This document shows, piece by piece, positions 19,481-28,223 of a DNA stretch of 64,000 nucleotides. The stretch comes from a bacterium (GTDB taxonomy: Bacteria > Patescibacteriota > Patescibacteriia > Patescibacteriales > UBA12465): contig DAONDZ010000002.1 in the NCBI GenBank assembly GCA_035402825.1, positions 65,854-129,853 on the forward strand. Reading direction: 5' to 3'. The notes beneath the pieces were generated by a model. The model searched no databases and had not been told where the DNA came from. It worked only from the letters and a program-made list of their open reading frames with translations. The translations under genes were made by a program, and so were the position numbers. The stretch's first letter is position 1. Each line of letters begins with the position of its first letter.

Positions 19481-19541
19481 TGTGCAATAATTTAACGTAC
19501 GGGTTTAGACGGTGAGCTATCCCCTGATTATACACCCCTTT

Positions 19542-20408
19542 ATGAAACTAGGTCAATTACTCCTCTTCGCCTATCAAAAACTGAATAAAAGCAACATCAA
19601 GAACTATCAATTGGATGCCCAATATCTTTTGGCCAAGGTAATAAACCAAGACCGATCCTTTGTTATTACTCACGAGGAAAAAGAACTAACCAAGCTTCAA
19701 ACAAAAAAATATCGCGCTTTAATCGCGCAAAGAGCCAAGCACTATCCCCTAGCCTACATCTTGGGCGAGCAAGAATTTTTTGGTTTAAAATTTAAAGTTG
19801 ACTCTCGGGTTCTAATTCCCCGGCCGGAGACAGAAATGATTGTGGAAAAAATAATTGCCGCGGCTCAACACAGTCAAACCAAAACCGCTCTAATTGATGT
19901 CGGCTGCGGCAGCGGCGCCATTATCATTGCCGCGGCTAAAAATATCACCGCCCCAAACATAAAATATTATGGCCTGGATATTTCCGCTCCGGCCTTAACC
20001 GTTGCCAAAAAAAATGCCCGCTTAAATCAAGTGGCGGATAAGATAAATTTTTTGCCAAGCGATCTGCTTGCCAAGTTAAATCAAGAACTAATTAAATATC
20101 CCCGGCTGATTATCGCCGCCAATCTTCCCTATCTAACCTTAAAACAAATTAAATCAGAGCCGTCCATTAAACACGAACCGCGCTTAGCACAGCTCTCCGG
20201 TCTCGACGGCTTAGACCACTATCGTCGCCTATGCCAAGAACTGTCTCTCCGATCAAACTCCGAAATTGATTTGATTATCGAAATAGACCCCTCACAAAAA
20301 AAAGCCGTTGAGGCTTTAGCCAAGAACTATTGGCCTCGAGCCAAAATTAATATTACCGCCGATCAGAACTCCTGCCCCCGCACCGTGGAAATAATTATCA
20401 ACAATTAA
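19542..20408 (+). CDS. prmC: Release-factor glutamine N5-methyltransferase (PrmC/HemK)
   Basis: SAM motif IDVGCGSGAI and catalytic tetrapeptide present as NLPY; follows prfA. The ATG at 19542 is preferred over the GTG at 19512. Confidence 0.88.
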   Translation: MKLGQLLLFAYQKLNKSNIKNYQLDAQYLLAKVINQDRSFVITHEEKELTKLQTKKYRALIAQRAKHYPLAYILGEQEFFGLKFKVDSRVLIPRPETEMIVEKIIAAAQHSQTKTALIDVGCGSGAIIIAAAKNITAPNIKYYGLDISAPALTVAKKNARLNQVADKINFLPSDLLAKLNQELIKYPRLIIAANLPYLTLKQIKSEPSIKHEPRLAQLSGLDGLDHYRRLCQELSLRSNSEIDLIIEIDPSQKKAVEALAKNYWPRAKINITADQNSCPRTVEIIINN

Positions 20409-20461
20409 TAACAAAACACCTCCCTAACGGGAGGTGTTTTTAGAAACAATTTAAAAGGTAA

Positions 20462-21085
20462 TTATTTAGCACCTTCAGCCTTTTTATCTTCCGGCTTCTT
20501 TTCTTCAGTAGCGGCCACTGGAGCAGCTACCGGAGCCACTTCTTCCTTTTCCGGTTCCACCACCATAGCGACAGACTCGTCTAGGTCCACCAAGACTTTC
20601 AAGGTCTTCGGGATATTAAGGTCAGAAACCTTAATACCATGATGTAATTCGGTAATGGCGGAGATATCAACATCAATGTGATTAATCAAGTCATTCGGCA
20701 AACACTCCACTTCAATGGCGTCAAAACTCTTGACCAACATACCGCCCAATTCTTTGATAGCTTTGGATTCGCCAAAAAAATGCAAAGGGATTTCGGTGGT
20801 AATTTTCTTAGACATATCTACCTCATAAAAATCAACGTGGCGTAAAAAGCTTTTTAAAGGATGGCGCTGGGTTTCTTTGACCAATACCTTCACTGAAGGT
20901 TCGCCTTCAATTACTAATTCAATTAAGCTGGATTCACCGGCAGCAGTAAAAGCTTTTTCCAATTCCATTCTTTTCACCACTAAGCTGCGGTTTTTAGTGC
21001 TCGGACCATAAATAACAGCCATCACATCATCAGGACTGATAACGGTCTGCTCATCGCGCAATTTGGCATTCAATTTGATTTCCAT
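20462..21085 (-). CDS. rplY: 50S ribosomal protein L25/Ctc form
   Basis: Two-domain Ctc-type L25 with an acidic/lysine-rich tail; N-terminus LNAKLR....G..R. Confidence 0.85.
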   Translation of the reverse strand: MEIKLNAKLRDEQTVISPDDVMAVIYGPSTKNRSLVVKRMELEKAFTAAGESSLIELVIEGEPSVKVLVKETQRHPLKSFLRHVDFYEVDMSKKITTEIPLHFFGESKAIKELGGMLVKSFDAIEVECLPNDLINHIDVDISAITELHHGIKVSDLNIPKTLKVLVDLDESVAMVVEPEKEEVAPVAAPVAATEEKKPEDKKAEGAK

Positions 21086-21095
21086 AGGATTAGAG

Positions 21096-22196
21096 TTAAG
21101 ATCTAGATTTAATAATAATATTCTGGATAATACCCACCAGCATTAAGCTGGCTAAAATAGAACTGCCGCCATAACTAATAAACGGCAGGGCAATACCCAC
21201 TACCGGCAGAAGGCCGATGTTCATACCAATATTAATAAACATTTCGACAAAAATCAAGCCCATACCGCCTAAAACCACAAAAATAGCGAAATCATCGTTG
21301 ATTTTCTCCAAAACTCGTATAGAACGGAAGAAAAAAACACTATAAAAAGAGAAAATCAAGACAATCCCCAGAAACCCCAATTCTTCGGCCACCACGGCAA
21401 AAATGAAATCAGTATGGGATTCCGGCAAAAATTTAAGTTGAGACTGAGAACCAAACCCCACCCCCCGGCCGGTGATGCCGCCGGAACCGACGGCAATAAT
21501 AGCTTGGTTGATATTATAGCCCTGATTCAAGGAGTTATAGGAAGGGTTTAAAAAGGTTAAAATACGTTCTTTTTGATAGTCCTGAAAGAAGAACAGCCAG
21601 GCGCTGCTAAAAATGACCGCCGCTACCAGCAAAATGGCGATAAAGTAACGACGATGGAATCCAGTCACTATCAACATGAAGACCCAAATAAAAGATAGAA
21701 TTAAGGCCGAGCCAAAATCCGGCTGAGCTAAAACCAAAGCGACCAAAATCATCGTCGCTGCCCCAGAGAGCAGAAAATATTTTAAAGGCCGCGATTTAAA
21801 GGCCGGATTAGCGAACAATCTGGCTAAAAAAATAATTAAAATTATCTTCACTAGTTCCACGGGCTGGATACCAAAACCAAAAATAGAAAACCAACCCTTG
21901 GTGCCGTTGATGGATTGGCCCAAAACTAAAACCGCTAATAGCAGAAAGATGCCGAAAAAATAAAGATAGCGATAAAGACTTTTCAAAAATCTGAAATCAA
22001 CAAAAGAAAAACCAACCAAAATGCCGGAGCCTAAAATAACAAAAAATAGCTGCTTGCGGAAATCGGTAAAATTGCCCTGCCCCTGGCCCATAGCGATACT
22101 ATAAATTTCAATCAAGCCGAAACAAACCAATAATAAAATCGCTGCCAGAAGCAGCCAATCAAAATTCTTAAAATGGTTCCGCCACAGTTCTCTCAT
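21096..22196 (-). CDS. rodA: FtsW/RodA/SpoVE family peptidoglycan polymerase
   Basis: About 10 TM segments; conserved PESHTDFIF and LPFISYGGSS motifs. Confidence 0.9.
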   Translation of the reverse strand: MRELWRNHFKNFDWLLLAAILLLVCFGLIEIYSIAMGQGQGNFTDFRKQLFFVILGSGILVGFSFVDFRFLKSLYRYLYFFGIFLLLAVLVLGQSINGTKGWFSIFGFGIQPVELVKIILIIFLARLFANPAFKSRPLKYFLLSGAATMILVALVLAQPDFGSALILSFIWVFMLIVTGFHRRYFIAILLVAAVIFSSAWLFFFQDYQKERILTFLNPSYNSLNQGYNINQAIIAVGSGGITGRGVGFGSQSQLKFLPESHTDFIFAVVAEELGFLGIVLIFSFYSVFFFRSIRVLEKINDDFAIFVVLGGMGLIFVEMFINIGMNIGLLPVVGIALPFISYGGSSILASLMLVGIIQNIIIKSRS

Positions 22197-22199
22197 ATT

Positions 22200-23108
22200 T
22201 TAATAGCGAATATAGATATCACTTTGTAAGATATTCAAACTTGGGTAAACCTCCACCCGACTCACCGTAGGCAAGGAATTAGGCCAAACAATCTTGATGT
22301 TCCGTGATTCGCCGGAAGCGAAATTATTCAAGCCATAGAGATTAACCCCCACCGGCAGATTACCGGAAAAAACCACAATATTCAAGGGGACATCAAAATA
22401 ACCGTAAGAAGTGTTATTGGCAATGGTAAACTCCACTGTATCTAAATCTAGCTTCTCGGAAATAGTTGTCTGTTTGGCGCTTTTGAAAGTAGCGTTGGTA
22501 ATACTAAAATTCAGATGGTTCTTTACAAACTCCGGCCAATTAGGATAATCATGAGCGTCAATTCTCTGCCACCCTTGCTCTTTCAATTTCAAAGCTACGC
22601 TTCCCGGATAGCCTTTTAATTCTTGGTTGAGAATAGAAAAATATTTAGTTTCCGAAGGCAAAATAAAACCACTTTGACAGGCCAATTCTTCTTCGCCGGA
22701 ATAAATACAATATTGAAAATCGGAATAGAAATCTTTGTTAGGATTGACTATCTGGGTCAAAAAATCATATTTGCCATCGTGAGAGAAGGTTTGAACGCCG
22801 CCTAACTGCAAGGGAGTGGAATTATTTCTCAATTTTTGAATATCGGCAATCGCCTGATCAGTAGCCAATTGTTCAATAGCCGCCCGTTCCTTCTTGCCAC
22901 CAAAAAAGAAATAATCTACATAACTATAAATGGAATATCCGTAAAAAACGGCCGACAAAGCTAAGAGGACAACTATCAAGATAATAATAAAAGTCCGGCG
23001 ATGACTGACTATCCACAAGCCAAAATTAAGCCGGCCCAAAGAAATACCTTCCCGGTCCTTGAACTCGTTCAAATCAATAGAGCGATTTAATTGATTCCCA
23101 TTTTTCAT
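22200..23108 (-). CDS. Hypothetical single-pass membrane protein
   Basis: TM helix FIIILIVVLLALSAVFYGY. Start set to ATG 23108, so the divergent promoter gap to fba is retained. Confidence 0.55.
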   Translation of the reverse strand: MKNGNQLNRSIDLNEFKDREGISLGRLNFGLWIVSHRRTFIIILIVVLLALSAVFYGYSIYSYVDYFFFGGKKERAAIEQLATDQAIADIQKLRNNSTPLQLGGVQTFSHDGKYDFLTQIVNPNKDFYSDFQYCIYSGEEELACQSGFILPSETKYFSILNQELKGYPGSVALKLKEQGWQRIDAHDYPNWPEFVKNHLNFSITNATFKSAKQTTISEKLDLDTVEFTIANNTSYGYFDVPLNIVVFSGNLPVGVNLYGLNNFASGESRNIKIVWPNSLPTVSRVEVYPSLNILQSDIYIRY

Positions 23109-23150
23109 AAGTATGCTATAATTATAGCATAAACTAATTAATTTCAAAAT

Positions 23151-24053
23151 ATGGAAATCCCCTTGGATGTACCCAGCCGCCAAAGACGGCATTATAAAAA
23201 AAACTATAAATTAGCCACCCAGAACAGCGGCCGCCTCTTCCTTTTCGCCGGCGACCAAAAAGTGGAGCATTTAAATCAGGATTTCGTCGGCAAAAACATC
23301 TCGGCCGAAGATCAAAACCCGGAACATCTTTTTAAGATAGCCAAAGAGGCTAAGGTCGGCGTCTTTGCCGCCCAATGGGGGCTCATCAGCCAATACGGAA
23401 AAAAATACCGCTCAGTTCCCTATTTAGTCAAACTTAACTCCCGCACCAATCTCATGCCGACCAAAGCTCAAGATCCGATTAGCTTAGCCTGGACCAGCGT
23501 TTCTGATGTCATCAAATACAAAAAAGAAACCGGGTTAAAAATAGTCGGTGTCGGCTATACCGTCTATATCGGCGGCGAACGAGAAAGCGAAATTCTTCAA
23601 GAGGCCGCCCAAATAGTTCAAGAAGCTCATGAAGCCGGATTAATAACCGTTATCTGGATGTACCCGCGAGGAAAAAATATCAAAAACGAAGAAGATATTA
23701 ATCTGATAGCCGGCGGCGCCGGAGTGGCGCTGTGCTTAGGGTCCGATTTTGTTAAAGTAAAATACCCTTATACCGGCAAAATTGAAACCGCCAAAGAATT
23801 CTTGAAGGTGACCCAAGCAGCCGGAAAGACTAAAGTTATTTGCGCCGGTGGCAGTAAACTTTCTCCCGCAGAACTGCTTAAAAACATGTCCTATCAACTC
23901 CATATCTCTCAAACCGGAGGCACTGCCATTGGCCGCAATCTCCATCAATATCCTCTGGCTACGGCCGTTCAAATCGCTAAAGCCATCAAAGCGCTAGTTA
24001 TCAAGAATAAAGACCTCAAAACAGCTAAAGCTATCCTGGGAAATATCAAATAA
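23151..24053 (+). CDS. fba: Class I (DhnA-type) fructose-bisphosphate aldolase family protein
   Basis: DhnA/FbaB-family layout with the Schiff-base lysine context DFVKVKYP. Confidence 0.8.
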   Translation: MEIPLDVPSRQRRHYKKNYKLATQNSGRLFLFAGDQKVEHLNQDFVGKNISAEDQNPEHLFKIAKEAKVGVFAAQWGLISQYGKKYRSVPYLVKLNSRTNLMPTKAQDPISLAWTSVSDVIKYKKETGLKIVGVGYTVYIGGERESEILQEAAQIVQEAHEAGLITVIWMYPRGKNIKNEEDINLIAGGAGVALCLGSDFVKVKYPYTGKIETAKEFLKVTQAAGKTKVICAGGSKLSPAELLKNMSYQLHISQTGGTAIGRNLHQYPLATAVQIAKAIKALVIKNKDLKTAKAILGNIK

Positions 24054-24061
24054 CCACCCAT

Positions 24062-24088
24062 AAAATACCGGATTATCCCGGTATTTTT
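24062..24088 (+). terminator. Intrinsic terminator after fba
   Basis: ATACCGG-attatc-CCGGTAT followed by TTTTT. Confidence 0.75.
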
Positions 24089-24160
24089 GTAATTGACAAA
24101 AACCGCCTTTAACGATAAGATTAAACGAACCAAATTGAATCGAACTTTAAAACATAAGCC

Positions 24161-24553
24161 ATGAAAAATCTTAAGAAAATTATTCTGGTGGAATCCAATC
24201 CGGACATTCGCCAAATCTGGATGAAACTTATTGTTGATTATTTCTTCCCCGGTCAAAATAGAGACCTGGAAATTTTGCCGGCCGATAATTTAGCCACGGC
24301 CAGGACTGAAATCAAAAAAAAGAAATTTCACGCCCTGATTATCGGGCAAATTCCTCTGGAAGAAAAAGTGGAAAGATTCATTGAAATGAATCCTGATTTC
24401 TGGCCCCGGTTAATAATCTGTGGCGATCAAAAAATCACCAATCTCTGCGACATCTACGGAATCGCCGCCTTGCCGCAAGGAAGAGTAATCCAATTAGCCG
24501 ATGATTTGGAGGTTTGTAAAAAAACTATTCAAAATCTCAAAGGACAGGGATAA
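24161..24553 (+). CDS. Receiver (REC)-like domain protein lacking the canonical acidic pocket
   Basis: KIILVESNPDIR...FHALIIG follows the beta-alpha pattern of CheY-like receivers, but E-S and G replace the DD and phospho-Asp positions. Confidence 0.35.
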   Translation: MKNLKKIILVESNPDIRQIWMKLIVDYFFPGQNRDLEILPADNLATARTEIKKKKFHALIIGQIPLEEKVERFIEMNPDFWPRLIICGDQKITNLCDIYGIAALPQGRVIQLADDLEVCKKTIQNLKGQG

Positions 24554-24592
24554 TTCCCTGCCCTCAAAGAAAAGCGTTGGTTATAGACAAAA

Positions 24593-26338
24593 CTATAACT
24601 GACGCTTTTTTATTTTATCTACCAATTCTGCAATCAAATCAGGAGCCGCTAATTTACGATTCTCCTTTTCCCCTCTCAGGCGCACGGCTAAAACACCAGA
24701 GCTCATTTCTTCATCGCCAATAACTACGACATAAGGAATCTTTTCGGCGCTTGCTTTTCTAATCTTATTACCCACCGTCTCATTATTGCTATCCACTTCC
24801 ACTCGAATTTTCTCCGCTTCTAAAGACCTGGCTAAATCATTAGCAAAGGCGATGTGTCCCTCGCCGATAGTAATTATTTTGACCTGTAAAGGAGATAGCC
24901 ACAAAGGCATTGCTCCGGCGAAGTGTTCAATAATTACGCCCATAAAACGCTCAATAGAGCCCAATAAAGCCCGATGCACCACTACCGGCGTCTTAGCGCC
25001 GCCATCGGCATCGTCATAGGTCAAACCGAAACGCTGCGGCATTTGATAATCCAATTGGATAGTAGCCAATTGCCAGAGACGGCCCAAAGCGTCTTTAACC
25101 TGGACATCAATTTTAGGTCCATAAAAAGCACCGTCGCCTTCATTGATGATATAATTCAAACCGGAATTATTTAAAGCTTCCTTCAAATAGTTTTCGGCCA
25201 AATCCCAGTCCGCTTTATCCCCCAAAAACTTTTCCGGACGAGTGGAAAGATAGACGGCGTCAATTTGCAAATTAAAAACTTGATAAATATTCTTGATCTT
25301 CTGTAATAGATCAGCGATCTCGGCCCCAATTTGGCTAGGCTGCAAGAAGATATGAGAATCATCCTGACTCAAAGACCGTACTCGAGTCAAACCATGCAAA
25401 GTACCGCTTTTTTCATTGCGGTATAAAGTGGTGGTTTCAGCCAAGCGCAAAGGCAGTTCTTTATAGGAATGAATCTTGTTCTTAAAAACCAACATATGAG
25501 CCGGGCAGTTCATCGGCTTGATACCAAAATCAACATTATCCTCATGATGATGCAAGCAGAACATATCTTCTTGGTAGTGTTCCCAGTGTCCGGAAACCTT
25601 CCAAAGGTCGGCATTTAAAATCTGTGGCGTTCTCACCTCGTTATATCCCGGGCCATAGGAATATTCGCGGATAAACTCAGTCAGCTCTTTAATCATCACC
25701 ATGCCCTTGGGCAAGAAAAACGGCATTCCCGGAGCATATTCATGGAGCATAAACAATTCCAGCTCTTTGCCCAGTTTGCGATGATCTCTTTTTTCCGCTT
25801 CGCTTATCATATTCAAATATTCGTCCAATTCTGTCTTGTCAGCAAAAGCCAAACCATAGATTCTGGTCAACATCTTGTTTTTCTCATCACCGCGCCAATA
25901 AGCGCCGGCTAATTTATGCAGCTTAAAACTTTTAGCATCTAATTCCTTGGTGTTAGCCACATGAGGGCCGCGGCATAAATCGATAAAATTTCCGACCTGA
26001 TAAAAGCTAACTTTAGTTTCGCCCTGTTTCTTCAAATCAGAAATCAACTCTTCTTTGTAGGTATCGCCGGCCTGCCGAGCGGCGGCAATTGCCGTATCAA
26101 TATCAGATTCAGTGCGAACAAAATCTAATCCTTGAGCCACTAATCCCCGCATCTTTTTTTCGACATTGGCGAATTCGGTATCGCTAAACTTATGATCCCC
26201 GAAGTCAATATCATAATAGAAGCCATTATCAATAGCCGGGCCGATAGCCAATTTAGCTTCCGGGTAAAGTTCCCGAATAGCGGCCGCTAAAATATGCGCC
26301 CAAGAATGACGCTTTAATTCTAAATCATTGTTAGCCAT
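24593..26338 (-). CDS. thrS: Threonine--tRNA ligase (no TGS domain; begins at the second additional/editing domain)
   Basis: HSWAHILAAA editing-domain motif, class II motifs (FRNE-like YRNEKSG, GAFYGPKID) and a C-terminal anticodon-binding domain. Confidence 0.95.
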   Translation of the reverse strand: MANNDLELKRHSWAHILAAAIRELYPEAKLAIGPAIDNGFYYDIDFGDHKFSDTEFANVEKKMRGLVAQGLDFVRTESDIDTAIAAARQAGDTYKEELISDLKKQGETKVSFYQVGNFIDLCRGPHVANTKELDAKSFKLHKLAGAYWRGDEKNKMLTRIYGLAFADKTELDEYLNMISEAEKRDHRKLGKELELFMLHEYAPGMPFFLPKGMVMIKELTEFIREYSYGPGYNEVRTPQILNADLWKVSGHWEHYQEDMFCLHHHEDNVDFGIKPMNCPAHMLVFKNKIHSYKELPLRLAETTTLYRNEKSGTLHGLTRVRSLSQDDSHIFLQPSQIGAEIADLLQKIKNIYQVFNLQIDAVYLSTRPEKFLGDKADWDLAENYLKEALNNSGLNYIINEGDGAFYGPKIDVQVKDALGRLWQLATIQLDYQMPQRFGLTYDDADGGAKTPVVVHRALLGSIERFMGVIIEHFAGAMPLWLSPLQVKIITIGEGHIAFANDLARSLEAEKIRVEVDSNNETVGNKIRKASAEKIPYVVVIGDEEMSSGVLAVRLRGEKENRKLAAPDLIAELVDKIKKRQL

Positions 26339-26362
26339 ATTATTTTAAATTAGTTAATAAAT

Positions 26363-26545
26363 AAAAAAAATCTCGTGCCAATAACTTAAAGCTTTAAGTT
26401 ACTAGAACGAGATTTCCTCGCGGTTCCATCTAGTTTCCCTGAAAATAGGGCGCTTAATTCTAACCTCTTCTTAGTTTCTTGAAACAAGAAAATATTCCGC
26501 CGGGAATATCCCTGGTTGGTGGCCAAGGCAATCGAAGTTATGATT
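26363..26545 (-). promoter_or_regulatory. T-box riboswitch leader (Thr, specifier ACU) with terminator/antiterminator
   Basis: On the minus strand: GAA-ACU-A specifier context (ACU at 26473-26475) above a TAAC/GTTA + GAG-bulge base helix. Stem III is CCCT/AGGG. The T-box sequence AAACUAGAUGGAACCGCG lies at 26419-26436. The antiterminator is CTAGA[UGGAACC]GCGAG...CTCGTTCTAG. The competing terminator is AATCTCGT...ACGAGATT plus U8. Confidence 0.8.
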
Positions 26546-26551
26546 GATTGT

Positions 26552-26580
26552 ATTATAGCAAAACTAATCTGAGGCTACAA
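26552..26580 (-). promoter_or_regulatory. thrS/T-box promoter (TTGTAG-17-TGcTATAAT)
   Basis: Read directly on the minus strand; spacing is 17 nt with an extended -10. Confidence 0.65.
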
Positions 26581-26667
26581 GGCTAAATTGGCAAATAATC
26601 CTTTGACAATAGCATATATGCCCCAAACTAATAGTAAACTAAGGGATAATCCTAAAAATGATTTCAT
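26575..26667 (-). CDS. Unannotated 30-aa hydrophobic mini-protein candidate
   Basis: MKSFLGLSLSLLLVWGIYAIVKGLFANLAL, preceded by a TTGACA-17/18-TATAT promoter (26692-26721). The stop codon overlaps the thrS -35 element. Confidence 0.35.
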   Translation of the reverse strand: MKSFLGLSLSLLLVWGIYAIVKGLFANLAL

Positions 26668-26730
26668 AGTGTGATTTAGTAAAATATGCCTTATATAATC
26701 ACATTAATTAAATCTTGTCAATAGTCTAAA

Positions 26731-27744
26731 TTAAGCCTCCTTGCCGGCCAGTTGTCCACAGGCCGCCGCTATCCTATCCCCCAACCGGAAACGGCAGGTA
26801 ACCACAACGCCGCCGGTCTCTAGAATTTTTTTAAACTCCTCCATTTGCCGGGTGGAACTGGGTCGAAATTTGCCGGTTTGATTATATTTAATCAAATTAA
26901 CAAACACCAAGGGCCGCTGCATCAATTGAGCTAAAGCTTTAGCGTCTTCCACACCGTCGTTAACACCGCTCATCAAAATATATTCAAACATCACCCGTCT
27001 TTTGGTCTTGAGAATATAATCATCCACGGCTTTTAGAATCTGGTCCAGGGGATATTTTTCATTAGCCGGAATCAATTTAGAGCGCTTGTGATCACTAGCG
27101 GCGTGTAAAGAGATAGCTAAATTGAGCTGGCGTTTCTCCTTGGCTAATTGCTTGATGCCGGGAATAATGCCTACCGTAGAAATAGAAATCTGGCGAGCGC
27201 CAATATTGAAAAAATCAGGGTCATTTAAAATATCCACTGCTTTCATAACCGCGTCGTAGTTTAAAAATGGTTCACCCATGCCCATAAAAACGATATTGCT
27301 AATCTTTTCGCCCTTAGTCTTCAATTGCCGCGCCCAAAACAAAGCTTGAATAATAATTTCGCTATAGCTTAAATTGCGCTTGAATCCCATGGAACCGGTG
27401 GCGCAAAAACGGCAGCCCAAAGGACAACCGACTTGTGAAGACAAACAAACCGTCCGGCGTCCATCAGAGTGCGACATCAACACGGTTTCAATCTTATTGC
27501 CGTCGGCCAGCTTAATTAAAGCTTTCTGGGCGTGCCGATCAGCCGTGGCGGATATTTTAGCGGCAATCTCTAAAGGAAACTCAGCCGCTAATTTTAATCG
27601 CCAATCTTTAGAGAAATTAGTCGCCTCTTCCCAAGAGGAAATAAACTCATGAAAAACAGCCCGCCGAGCTTGCGCGCGGCGGTATTTAGGCTCAGCTATT
27701 AAAATTTTATCTAGTAAACTTAAATCCATAGAGTTAAGCGACAT
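26731..27744 (-). CDS. rlmN: 23S rRNA/tRNA adenine-C2 methyltransferase RlmN (radical SAM)
   Basis: CPLGCRFCATG radical-SAM cluster motif and C-terminal AACGQL. Confidence 0.93.
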   Translation of the reverse strand: MSLNSMDLSLLDKILIAEPKYRRAQARRAVFHEFISSWEEATNFSKDWRLKLAAEFPLEIAAKISATADRHAQKALIKLADGNKIETVLMSHSDGRRTVCLSSQVGCPLGCRFCATGSMGFKRNLSYSEIIIQALFWARQLKTKGEKISNIVFMGMGEPFLNYDAVMKAVDILNDPDFFNIGARQISISTVGIIPGIKQLAKEKRQLNLAISLHAASDHKRSKLIPANEKYPLDQILKAVDDYILKTKRRVMFEYILMSGVNDGVEDAKALAQLMQRPLVFVNLIKYNQTGKFRPSSTRQMEEFKKILETGGVVVTCRFRLGDRIAAACGQLAGKEA

Positions 27745-28219
27745 TGCTTAATTTATCATAATACTCATTAGCCCAATTATTCTTGACGCCATTAATCAAA
27801 TCATTATCCAATTCCAAGCCTTTCACTTTAGCTTCTTTCAGTTTCCGACTTAAAACTTCATAAAAATCTTCACCGGTAGCTAAAGCTTCAGTGGTAATTT
27901 CATCTTTCAAAGCGCTGAGATATTTATCAACAAAAAACTTAGAAGTCGGGCCGGATAAATCTGGCTCTTGGCTCTGCCAAGATAACAATTTTTCTAAAGC
28001 CAAATAATTCAAACGGGAGACGTCGGGCGGAAAGCTTAGCTTTCCCTTCAAACTATCTTTGGCTTTGAATAATAAATCGCTCCAAGCCTCTTCTGTAAAG
28101 ATAGCATGCTTAGCGCGAACATCTTTAAACTTGCCCAAAACCATGGTCGATAAAGCTTCGGCCTCTTTTTCGTAAACCTTATTAATATAATCAAAACTGT
28201 TTTCCATCCTTTCTTTCAT
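27734..28219 (-). CDS. Hypothetical protein (161 aa)
   Basis: ORF translationally coupled (11-nt overlap) to rlmN; no motif recognised. Confidence 0.55.
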   Translation of the reverse strand: MKERMENSFDYINKVYEKEAEALSTMVLGKFKDVRAKHAIFTEEAWSDLLFKAKDSLKGKLSFPPDVSRLNYLALEKLLSWQSQEPDLSGPTSKFFVDKYLSALKDEITTEALATGEDFYEVLSRKLKEAKVKGLELDNDLINGVKNNWANEYYDKLSNVA

Positions 28220-28223
28220 ATCT

